Assembly: GCF_003704095.1 (NCBI RefSeq)
Contig: NW_020846775.1
Location: 310,001 to 374,000, forward strand
Direction: 5' to 3'
Source of the DNA: Pocillopora damicornis
Taxonomy: Eukaryota
DNA: 64,000 nucleotides
Shown here: positions 10,354 through 21,112 of the stretch, piece by piece
How positions within the stretch are numbered: the stretch's first letter is position 1
Layout of the letters: each line of letters opens with the position of its first letter
Notes under the pieces: generated by a model
The model's input: the letters and a program-made list of their open reading frames with translations, nothing else
Told to the model about the DNA's origin: nothing
Databases searched by the model: none
Made by a program: the position numbers and the translations under genes

Positions 10354-10564
10354 TCAACCTTTTTACGCCCTAACATTAGTATGAATGTTCTTCATAATGT
10401 ACGCTATACATTCCCAAGGTGCTGACATGGAGAATTTGTTTAACAACCAAGAGCTTCTTCAGTTAGTGATCACTTCCTTTATTCCCATTACCTCAATGTT
10501 TGATTCAGGAGTGATATTGTAAGGAGAAATTAGATGCTGGTCACTATTAGTAGCGAAAGGGTTA
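10354..10564 (+). mobile_element. ~210-bp TTAA-flanked MITE family (piggyBac-like ends CCCTTT..AAAGGG), the most abundant repeat in the window
   Basis: Full, partial or variant copies also at ~12632-12842, 16590-17292 (split), 19573-19725, 26650-26858, 38334-38543, 46927-47023, 48708-48918, 49857-50004, 52438-52646, 53652-53845, 56590-56785, 60969-61160. Shared core: CATCAGTATGCATATTCTCCATACTGTT..GGAGAATTTGTTTAACAATCAAGA. Confidence 0.85.
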
Positions 10565-11857
10565 AGCGACCCTATGCAAATTTCCAGGGGGTCTGTGACC
10601 CCTTTAGAAACCAAAAGTTTGACAAACTCTTTTAGTTTGTGTTTCCACTAAGAGTCTAACCACTAGATAATATAGAATCCTTGTGTTACTCAGATATCAA
10701 AATGAAGAAAATAACTGTTCTGTATTCTAATGAAAAGTTCTCTACTGAAGGGAAAATAATTTCCAGTGATTTTATGGGGAAAAAAATGAAATTGCAAGCT
10801 TTCATTTCCTAAAACTATTAATGAATAAAAGAACACCATATTGCTTGATTTAAAAATGTAATTTCTGATTTTTGAGTAACATGGGAACAAATTAGTCAGA
10901 AATTAATATTCTGATGGCACATTGAAGAGTTTTGCATGCATCATGGAAGTTTCAGATTATTTAAGCATTTTGCAGGAAAATTAAGTCATTCTAGGTCAGT
11001 CAGTCCTATGTTTGACCACCTTCTTTTTTGTATTTGTTATAATTTTGGTATTCTAACTCCTTGTAAAATATCATTACATTCACTGATATTTCTTTGTGAT
11101 TAGTGGTGCAACCAGGTCAGTTACCGTTTTCTTAGGGTGTTGTGCTGCTTTGTTAGATGAGGAATACGTTTTCACTCATTTTTTGGCCACATCTACAGGG
11201 TGGCGTTTTTAGTGGTTTTTCGTATCTGACATAGTACAGGTTCTTTTTTTAGAACCCCTAGTTTAAGGGTGCACATGTTACGATTGTATCAGGATGCATA
11301 TACTAGAAGACTGACTGACTCATCCTTAATAAACTTTTTATCTCATGTGAGTGTGGTCAGAATTACATTTTTATTGGATGAACTTTGTGTATTCCTGAGA
11401 AACAAAAGCACATAAGCTCATGTTCTCTTGACGAGAAGAGAAATAGTAATAATTTGTGTATTAAATCACTTTCTTGCTTTGGTATTGTGGTGTCTCTTAA
11501 GTGATCACCTCTTACTTAAAAGGGTCATTGCAAGAGCCAGCTGACTGTATTCACAACAACCATTTTGAACATAGGTAAACAGGTCAAACGTGAGTAACAC
11601 AAGTGTTCAAGTCGTGACTGATTTTAGTCCCCAATCTGATTGACTGAAAAAGTAGCTCGAGTTTTAATTAATGAACAGTCAAAGAGCGAAAATCTAAAGC
11701 AAAACCAAAACAATCCAAGTTTAATATTGTGGGAATTTGAGCAAGGCCTTAAAGAGTGTTACTCTACAGAGTTATAAATCAGAGCTTCTGCCAATCAACA
11801 GCATCATCATTTTGAACGAATGGTCATTTTTTATTTACAAATACCTACCTATCAGTA

Positions 11858-14800
11858 TCAATAGAATGCTTCATTATCCTCAGAGTAATGCATAATTTCC
11901 TTATCTATTTGCAAGTTTGACAACAGTTCATTCATAGTAGGCTTGGGATCAAGTTGTATTTTTTCGAGAAGACTCTCTGCAGCTTCCTGGCTTACTCTTC
12001 GCCACTTGTCTATTAAACATTTCAGCTCCATGATGTCATTCTACAAAAATCAGGAACAACCAAGAGTCACTATCAAAAGTATAAAATCACAACCACAGGC
12101 ATCCTAACTATGGTTACAGGTATCCCAACAGTGGCCACAGGCATCCTAACTGTGGTCACAGACAGAGAGCCCATCCAGCCAGATGTTGGGTGGGTAAATT
12201 TGTCAGGCTTCATTTTTCTTATATTTCTTTGTATGTATTTTGCCAGTGAGTATCAATTTATTCTTTGCTTACCTTATTTCTGTACATTTTGACAAGATTT
12301 AGCTTTCTCAGGGAGTCTTCTCTCTCTTGTATTATTTTGATTAAATTTTTTTTCTCAGTCTGAAGCTGGTGTAAAGCTGACCCAGTTTCCTTAGGACTGG
12401 GAATCTCATTGTAATCTTGACTGTTAATATATCTACATCTTTTTGGTGTATCAAAATTTTCCTGCAATAGAAAAGATAAATCAATCTAAATATAACTGAT
12501 TTATGATTTTTCTACCATTAAATTTCAGTAAGATATCACAAGATTTTCAGGGAGTTTTAGGCAAGTGACTCAAAACTACATATATGACAAACAGAAACTC
12601 TCCAACCCAAAATGAGCAAAAACCATGTTTTTAACCCTTTACGCCCTAACATCAGTATACATATTCTCCATACTATTCTCTATACCTTTCCTTGGGCAAT
12701 GACAACAAGAATTTGTTTAACCATCAAGAGCTTCTTTTGTTGGTGATCATATTTGTTATTCTCAGTACCTTTATGTGTGATTTGGAGGTGATATTGTAAC
12801 GGGAAATTAGATGTTTGTAACTGTTAGGGGTCAAAGGCTTAAGTCATTTTAATTCTGAATCTGTCACTGCTTTACCATAAATCACCAATGAATTAGCTAC
12901 ATGTTACCTGATTGTCAGAAAGAAAACAGCGCTTTATTACTGGAGAAACAAATGGTGATGACACTCTTCGGAGCCCACATGATCTTTTACATGATGTTGG
13001 CATATACTGAGTGAAAATAAAAAGTGTTAAATAAGTATGTGTTTATTTGATTGTCACTCACATATAAATAATTATCTCATAACTAATTCCTCAGATGAAA
13101 TATCATTTAATTTAGTGATGCATTACTTACAAAAGGACAGGTTCCTCTTTCTGGTGGGAATCATAATTTCCTCTATATTACAGTAGTCAAGCTCAGCTCA
13201 CCAAATTCTTCTTTACATTCAGAGTTCAAAGTTATAGAATTGCATTATTTATCATTATGGGTGTTTCTCATCTGTTCAACAATTTCTTTTTGAAGCTTTT
13301 AAATGAGATGACAAAGCCCACTTAGTCCAAATACAAATATATTTAGTAGTATGACTGTAAGCATCATTATAGCTGTAATCAGTTAATAGTACCTTCTGAT
13401 TTACGCATGAAGAACTCCCAATGTTTCTTGTAGATGGTGTTCTAGACTGTGGTGGTGCTGACTCTGTAGAAATAGAGCAGCACTGCTTCATGTTATGAAA
13501 TTTGAAAAATTTATAATGTAGCCCTTTTAAAGCTGCAATGATGCTACAACTTCCAATATTAATTTTAAAAAAACAAACAATGAAATTATAATATTGTATT
13601 CTGTGCAATTGATCATTCAGCATAAGGCTTGGAAAAACAGCTGTACAAGATATGGTGGTAGAGAGGTTTGTGTCCTAGAGTCCTGATTAAAAGGTTTGAG
13701 TTTAAGCCCTGAGGAGGTCCTTGTGTTATGTTCTTGGGCAGGATACTCTGCTCTCACAATGCCTCCCTTCATCAAGTAATGTACATGGGTAATGAAAAAC
13801 AGTTACAGAAACTGAAACCCTGTAATGTCTGTGATGGACTAATATCCAGTTCAGGAGAGAAAAGCAATACTCCTAATTCTTCACCCTATTGAAACTGGTA
13901 AAACAATCAGGATAGCAACACAGATGAAGATATTGATCAAAAAATGAATTTATATTGTTAGATAAAATTTTGCAAATAGCTGAAACATAAATAAATTGCT
14001 AGCAGCATTCTGTTCTCAAACACACAAATTTTTGTGATTTCACATTGTTGTATTAGGACATGGCTAAGCTACTGTTCTGTCGATTAGATCTTTTTTTTTT
14101 GGCCATATCCTTGTTGCTGTTACCATAATGGTGTGATTGCAGTCCCAAATATCCCACATGATGGGCTTTTGTTTTCCTTTGGCTACCTTCACCTTTAACC
14201 TTTTGGCCACACAGCAGTATGTTGTGATGACAGAGACCCAGTGTAATTTTTAAAAATTGTCTGGAATTACTTTTAAATGAAATTTTCTTGAATGCTTTAT
14301 GAGTGGTCTTGGAAACTTTGAAGACCTACTTGATCAATAACATGTAGAAGAAAAGATGGTCATAGTTTTCTTTCAGTTCTCATAGCCTCTTTGTAATCCC
14401 TGTCAAGTTAAACTACTTTTAATCTACTAAGTCTGATCTGTACTTTCTTTCTGATTAGGAAAATTAAATGACAACAAAATGTTGCACACAAATTCAGTAA
14501 GAGATCATTTTGACGAGCATGATATGAAACCAGGTAAATGTACCATTGTTCTACCTGGCCAATGTTTTATGTAAAAACTCAGCTATAAACACAATTCAAG
14601 CCTGGAAAATGGAAATTGTTGTCCACAGGATGACTACAGCTGAACCTGGATTAAGTGGCACTGTATTATATTGTCACCCTGTGTTAAGCAATTGGTTGTC
14701 AAAGTTCTGAATTTGTCTCCCCTTAATTACTGTAATTTTCACCTCTATTATGCTGTCGCTGTCACCCTTTACTGACACAATGACCTGTTTTTATTGTTTT

Positions 14801-15268
14801 CCACCTGTATTGAATGGTCACTGAAAGCGGATCACTCCAGTAAAACTGATAATCGTTGAAATAATTTTCAATCCATGTCTCTCTCCCAAAATCAAAGTAA
14901 ACAGTATTAGTTGTGTATCGTTTTTTATGAAACCCCTTATCTGTGGAACCTGCATTAAGCGGTCGACTTCTATCAAACGGTCACCCCGCCATTCCCCGTG
15001 GTTGACCGCGTAAAGTAATACAGGTACGACTGTTATTAAATGTTCGTTTCGGCCCGACCTCGGTTCAAGAGGCCAGATGAAGAGACAGTTCAATATGTTC
15101 AGGGGTGGCGTTGTGCGAAAAAGGAAGTCAAATAGTAGAGCCTTGGAGAATTATGGTGGAAAAAAACAAAGAAAAATTCACAGGTTCTCACACCGAGGTT
15201 AATCCTTCGTTTTACATTAGTGGAGTACCTTCAGAAGTATTTGAAATTCCCGCCACATTGTCCGCCAT
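11858..15268 (-). CDS. SFR1: Swi5-dependent recombination DNA repair protein 1 homolog (SFR1/Mei5), 5 exons
   Basis: Exons 15268-15229, ~13463-13393, ~13006-12908, 12461-12273, 12040-11858, all GT-AG. The C-terminus EDSLRKLNLVKMYRNK|NDIMELKCLIDKWRRVSQEAAESLL..IMHYSEDNEAFY* matches the Mei5/SFR1 domain. The N-terminal exons are less certain. Confidence 0.85.
12093..12162. repeat. 21-bp minisatellite, about 3.3 units, in an SFR1 intron
   Basis: CCACAGGCATCCTAACTATGG-like units. Confidence 0.75.
13650..13900 (+). mobile_element. Degenerate tRNA-derived SINE
   Basis: Decayed A/B-box head followed by TTGTGTTATGTTCTTGGGCAGGATACT..CACAATGCCTCCCTTCA, a typical SINE core. Confidence 0.55.
14636..15034. 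mobile_element. Tc1/mariner-like MITE (TA-CAG...CTG ends)
   Basis: TACAGCTGAACCTG at the left versus CAGGTACGACTGT at the right; internal repeated TATTAAGCGGTCAC-like motifs. Confidence 0.55.
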
Positions 15269-15424
15269 AATTCATGTTTTCATTTTGTGATTAACAGTAC
15301 GCATGAGCAAATGGCTTGTTCACTGGCCCGAAATCACGCGGGGTCACGGAACTTCCTGTCTGTAGTAAAGAAACTGCATGAAAATGAGAAAAATGTTTTA
15401 TTATTGACGGAACCAACTTTACAC
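15269..15424. promoter_or_regulatory. Compact bidirectional promoter shared by SFR1 and the C3orf38 homolog
   Basis: Divergent ATGs at 15268 (-) and 15425 (+), only 156 bp apart, within a local CpG-rich stretch. Confidence 0.7.
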
Positions 15425-18400
15425 ATGTTGTCACACAAAGAGAGAGAAGGATGTAAATCCATCTTGAACAAACTTCCTCAACAGGATTTAATAAATCTCA
15501 CGGATACAGTAACGAACCGAGTAGTATCGCCTGAAAATACTACTGGTAAGGTTTTACAAGTATTTCGCTTTTGTGTATATATCTTAGTGGACGTTTTGGC
15601 GTGTTATATCACAGAGTATGTTTACGAGTTGTACCGTATTTTGACGAGGATGAGTGAAAATACAAACAAAGAGAACGAATATTCAGCAATGCTATACACC
15701 AAAACGACTAATAAGTAATTTCTTCTCTCACTGCTTTATTTTACATCCATTTTTTATCAAGCGGGAAAAGTGAGGGGTATTACAAGATAATTTGATTTCA
15801 TCAACTGAGTTGATACTGTAGACTGGCTACCATAAAGAATTTCTAAAGCAGACATTTTGTCCATAAGTCCTTCGTCATATGCTCAAAGGTCAGCCTTAGA
15901 AACTACTTCACAAGTGTTTTCAAACCCTACAAATAAATTATCTTCTTGTCAAGTTTCTACGTTGTCCAACTCGTCCGTTTTCATTACTTTGTATGCTACA
16001 GCAGATTTTCAACTCATTCTTTGAACATTAGGATTAAGTAAAATAAGTACATTTGTGTATTTCTAAGTTAACTTGACCTTCTAGTTTTCCTGTATTTCTT
16101 GCTTCGGCCAATAATTAGTAACTAAACATTTGGAAAAGGTTTCTATATAACCTCATACTATTCTAAAACAAAGCTGTAATCCCAAAGGCAGTTTATTCAT
16201 TTCACCATCCACTAGCCCACTTTTGAAACATGGATAAAATTAAACCAGATCTAGAGCAGGACAATTCAAACCTCCCATAATTCTGTTGATCACCCTCCCT
16301 TACAGAGGCAGTCAATGCCATTCTAAGTTACAGCCATACGGCCTCACAGTTGCTGAAAAGGAAGAAAGTAAAGAGAGAACATATCTATCAGTACTTGGCA
16401 GAAAAAGGGATAATTGAACCTGTTGCGTCTGACAAGCCCACCTTGATAAAAAGGGCATTATTGTATTGGGGCTCTAGCAAAGAGGTGAGTTTCTAGGGTT
16501 TATTTGAATGCAAGTTTCAGTTGAGTAAGGTGATTTGTGCTATTAAATATGTAATTTGTTTCGTCACCCGCTTTACCAAGCTTCATTCTGTAACCTTTTG
16601 ATCCCTAAGAGTAACTAACATCAAATTTTTCCTTACAGTATTATGCTATAATCTAACTGACAGAAAAACACTGCAATCCTACAAACTCAACTTCTTTGTT
16701 AAACAACAAGTGATATTCTTAATAGGGAGTGACTCCTTAAGGCAGTACAGTACTTATGCTCAATAAACTCACTTAAGCCCATTACAGTCTATATCTTAGC
16801 TCACCACTGAGCCAAACTCATAGTTTTCTCCAATGTTTCTTGAAATTAGCAATCTTCTGCTGTAGTTCTCTCCCACTTTCTAAACAGCTGGTCACTCCAG
16901 ACAACAACAAATACAATTACTATATAACTGAGTCCTTATATACATTCACAGAGTGTTTTGGAACATTTCAGAAGTTTACAAAAGAACTGTTTTAGTAGTA
17001 TTATGTAATAACTGTGTGACCCGACAAAATGTTCCAGAAAGTTCTGTGGTATGCATGTCAGCTTGACTAAGCAGTCTGGAGATTTCTAGAAGCTTTTACC
17101 TACAACAACAATTACTCATAACAACAGTAGCACCCCTGAGTCACATTAAGGTCATGAGTAAAGAGGAGATGATCACCAACTTAAGACTGAGGCTCTTGAT
17201 TGTGAAACAAATTCTCCTTATCAGCATGTTAGGAAATGTATAGAGAACAGTATGGAGAATATGCATACTGATGTTAGGTTGTAAAGGGTTAATTATGTTA
17301 AAATGTTTGAACCCTCTCCAAAGATTTTCAATTCATTCACCATGGAGTGGAGAGGATGTTTCTTATCAAACCGCCATTTAGAGGTGTTGTAAAGACTTCC
17401 TCTTTAAACTTTAGATTTTAAAGTACACTACAATAGTACAAATTAAACTTAGAAATTCCTGAGAGCCTTAGCAAACTTTGCTAGACACACATGTCAAAGC
17501 AAACCATATCTTTGTTGTGAACTTCACATTCAAGAATCTGTGTCAAAATAGAAATTCCATAAGACACAATATATTTCTAATAGTCGCGTACAGCCAAATT
17601 CTTCAATAGCACGTGCACTGACATGGTGCCCTTCAAAAGATAAGTTATGCATAAATGACATAATAGACATGACAGGTGTCAAGGATGTATGTGACTTCTC
17701 ATGGTATACCTCTTGATATACCCTAAGAATTCAGTGAGATGTTGGGTTAGGACCCAGTGTTGTAAAGAAAAGCTTATATCTATTCCTAGAACTGTACAAT
17801 GGAAGAAATTCCTGACATGTATGCTGGATAAAAGAACTTTAACAGGTTTGTCGCAAATTTGTCTTTTCTTTTTCTCTTTAGGATAGCGAAGAGGAGATTG
17901 AAAATGAGTCTGAAAACCTAACAGCATCAGAGCCTAATTCAGCAATTTCACGCAGTGATACTAGCTGTACAAATCCTCCCTTTGACAACAGTGTTGATGG
18001 ACAGCAGTTAGCTGAATATTTTATACCCTGGTTCTACAAAATCTTGAACTCTTTCAATACCCTCTCTGACAACACTTCACAGGAATGGGGTCCACAGCAT
18101 TTTTGGGAAGATGCAAAAGGATCAGTGCTTGTAGTATCTAATGGACAAGTATTTGATGAGTGCCAAGGAGCGATGGCAGTTAGTACAAAACTTCAAGAAC
18201 TTGTTTGCAAAGAAAAAATACTCTTTAATGCAAATTTAAGTGGGGCAAGGGGCCACATAGATGCTTATGGACTTGTCAAAATATCAGTTGGAGGCACAGT
18301 CCATAGATTTTCCAACTGCCTTGGAATTTTCGAACAATCATTCGGACTCATTCGAGACCCACAGATGCAAAATAACTGGAAAATCAAATTTACTGAGCTA

Positions 18401-18463
18401 AAACTGAAAGCACAGCAACAACAAAATGAAGTAGAAGGTATCACAAAAAAGGCTATTACATAA
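15425..18463 (+). CDS. C3orf38: C3orf38 homolog (DUF4518), 3 exons
   Basis: Exons 15425-15545, 16306-16484, 17882-18463. Motifs LSHKEREGCKSIL..LTDTVTNR, AVNAILSYS..LLKRKKVKREHIYQYLA, WGPQHFWEDA, GTVHRFSNCLGIFEQSFGLIRDP..NNWKIKF. Confidence 0.9.
15787..15940 (-). mobile_element. Degenerate Penelope-like pseudo-LTR fragment related to 7071-7227; hammerhead core decayed
   Basis: Reverse complement reads ATGACGAAGGACTTATGGACAAAATGTCTGCTTT..CTTTATGGTAGCCAGTCTACAGTATCAACTCAGTTGAT. Confidence 0.55.
16639..17123 (-). mobile_element. Solo LTR (485 bp) inserted into a TTAA MITE in C3orf38 intron 2
   Basis: Termini T(A/G)TTATG..CATAACA, 4-bp TSD ACAG at 16635-38 and 17124-27, TATATAA on the minus strand at ~16936; the MITE sequence resumes seamlessly across the insertion. 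Confidence 0.75.
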
Positions 18464-18617
18464 ACTAAGAAGAGAATGTAATATCAATAGACTGTAGTGG
18501 ACAGTGTCACTATTTTAACACTATGGCTGTTTTCTTAAATAGCGAGCGTCACTTTTTTTCTTGTTTTCAAGTACTTGCCAAATATATGAATTAGAGAAAA
18601 AAAAACAAGAGGAAAAA

Positions 18618-18894
18618 ATTTCTTTCTCTATTTCTTCACCAAGTTCAAAACTTACCATCTTTCTTGTTCTATTTACAAACATGACACTATCGACATTGCT
18701 GATCCTAGCAGTAGGTATCCAGTTAGATCGCACCATGGTTAGATTGCTCCCTGTAAGATTGCTCCACTCAAAAGTTAGATTGCTCCATCAAATAAGTTAC
18801 TTTGCTCCAAACATAAGTTACTTCACTCCATGTTGTTATGTGAAGTATTTCTTAGCAACGATCTTTAAAGTTCATTGGTGATGATGTGTCTTAT

Positions 18895-18932
<38 letters not shown>

Positions 18933-19520
18933 TATAGGTGGCTAGATGTATAGTGATGATGGAATAAATGATTGTGGTTACACTTTGTGAGTCCATTACA
19001 TGAGGTTTTATTTGTTCTTTCTGCGTAGCTTGGATTTATTTCAAGAGTGCGCAAGCAATATTAATTTATTGTTAGATAAGATATACATATCATTTAGTGA
19101 ATTATCAATTTAGATAGCTTAGTTTTGCTACCTTTACCTTAGTTTTCTACATGGAGCGAAGTAACTTATGTTAGGAGTGACATAACTTATTTGATGGAGC
19201 AATCTAACTTTTGAGTGGAGCAATCTAACCTGTGGTTGGAGCAATCTAACTGGGAGCAATCTAACCATGGTGTGATCCGACCATAATTTTAGCAGTATAC
19301 AGGAGGAGTGTCATATGAACATAGTAATAAGCCCTGCTCACTATAGAGTCTCTGTGGCTCAGTGGTAGAGCATCAGAATGTGGACTCTGAAAGTCTGAGC
19401 TTCGATTCCTCATAGAGACTCAGAATTTTTTCTTTGCTCTACGCTTGTGATGAGATGAAAAAACATATTTCTCTATTTCTTTACCAAGCTCAAAACTTAC
19501 CATCTCTCTTATTTTATTTA
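18618..19520 (+). mobile_element. tRNA-containing repeat with ~55-bp terminal direct repeats, split by a MITE
   Basis: Direct repeat TTTCTCTATTTCTT.ACCAAG.TCAAAACTTACCATCT at ~18620-18675 and ~19467-19520. tRNA-like module 19346-19421 with A box TGGCTCAGTGG, B box CTTCGATTCC and acceptor stem GAGTCTCT/AGAGACTC. Confidence 0.7.
18714..19289. mobile_element. Non-autonomous DNA transposon (576 bp) with ~120-bp internally repetitive TIRs and an 8-bp TSD (hAT/P-like); contains (TA)n at ~18896-18936
   Basis: TSD TAGCAGTA at 18706-13 and 19290-97; TIRs are built of AGATTGCTCC/GGAGCAATCT units. Confidence 0.85.
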
Positions 19521-20952
19521 TATGAATTACATAGACAAGTTTGTGTCTTTTATACACAGTTAAAAAATATCTTTAACCCTTTCACAACAGAGATCTCATT
19601 AATGAGTTTCCATACTGTCTGCCAAACAATTCTTATGAGGTTTGTTTGGAGAATTTGTTATTGAACCAACAAATCATTGTCTGACTGGTATTTTTCTTTA
19701 TTTCCATTACTTCTCTGCTTCAAGGTTTTCATTGTATTGTACTGAAGTTTGACCGCTGAGGAATATCAAAAGATATTCTGCAGTTTAGGTTGAGGGATTT
19801 TGGTCTCTTGATGTGATTAGAACAACCACATTCAATCGATATTTGATGAATAATAATACTATCTATTGGGTATACAAAATTATAGAATGAAATATCCTCA
19901 ACAAATAACAAAAACACTCTTGACGATCAAAATATTTGTGAAAAGTGAAAATATACCATTTATCACGTGAAAATATCTATTCAGCCTCGCCAATTTCCTG
20001 CTATTAGAAATTGTTTAATTTTCAACCCCAAACAGTTGAATAAATATGTGAGATTTTTTTCTGAATTCATCAACTGACAAGGCATAGTAGACAAATTATC
20101 CATTATCAATAACAAATAACATTTTAAAAGCAATGGCTCTCATGAATTGAATCAGGCAGGAACAAGGAACATCCTTTTTACTTTGTGTGTATGTTTGTCT
20201 TAGCCATTGTTTTTTTTTTCCTCTTGGCCTTCAGGAGAAGGAAACACATGATAAATAAGCTTGATCAAAATCTTAGTTCATTGTGCTGTTTACCGTAAGC
20301 ATAGTCAGGCTTCTAAGTCCTACAGTCAAGTGAGGATTGCGTGACCGTACATTTAAAGCATGACCATAGATGTTGAAACTTAGGGAGAAGTGAATCTGCC
20401 TCAAATAGTGAAACAAATTGTAATTACTCAAAATCTCTGGCTTTTGTAATATTTCAAATTTAGGGCTTCAGTTTCAGCTGAAGAGGACCAAGGTACAATA
20501 ACCACCTTAGGTAGGGCTCATCCGTAAAAATAATATACATCAAACCACCAACGATTACTGAATATGGCAAGATAAATACATCGTTTTAGATATCACTGGA
20601 TCACGAGCCAGCCCCTAAACAAAACCTAAAGAGTAATTTCAAAATGCTTTAATGACAATTCGTCTCTGTTTCTTTTATTTTTCAAGTTCTTAGTATATTA
20701 TTTCGATATTCTATGATTTAATGCACGTATCAGAGAAGAAAAAACTTAATTGCAACAATCCGCCTTGAAATTAACTCCAAACCAACATGGACTTTGATAG
20801 CTGTCAGTTAATCCGATAGGTGTAACGATAGTAACGTGACTGTCATTATCCACATATTCCCATTGAACCTGCGGCCAAATAAGCGGAAAACAAACCACTT
20901 CCTAATTGATATCCTGGAGTTGTTTGTCAATCTGCGAGTTTTGGGAGGTCAG

Positions 20953-20977
20953 CCAATCAGGGAGCGTTCTATAAATA
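20953..20977 (+). promoter_or_regulatory. CCAAT box plus TATA box of the RIT1-like gene
   Basis: AGCCAATC at 20951-58 and TATAAATA at 20970-77, about 140 bp upstream of the ATG in a CpG-rich stretch. Confidence 0.6.
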
Positions 20978-21112
20978 GGAGCCAGTACGTATTTATTCGA
21001 TTCGATCTGCTACAGCGATTTAATGTGACATGTCAATCCGTGTTATTTGTTACATCCAACGAGCAGAAACGAAGGTTTATTGCAATCAACATCCTCATTG
21101 TCAAAAACAAGG

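Noticed and set aside
14270-14400. Extra SFR1 exon bounded by AG/GT
   Set aside because: It contains stops in the frames examined, and exon 1 already joins exon 2 in phase
19346-19421. Functional tRNA gene
   Set aside because: The anticodon and T arms are mismatched, and the module is embedded in a repeat with direct repeats; treated as repeat-derived
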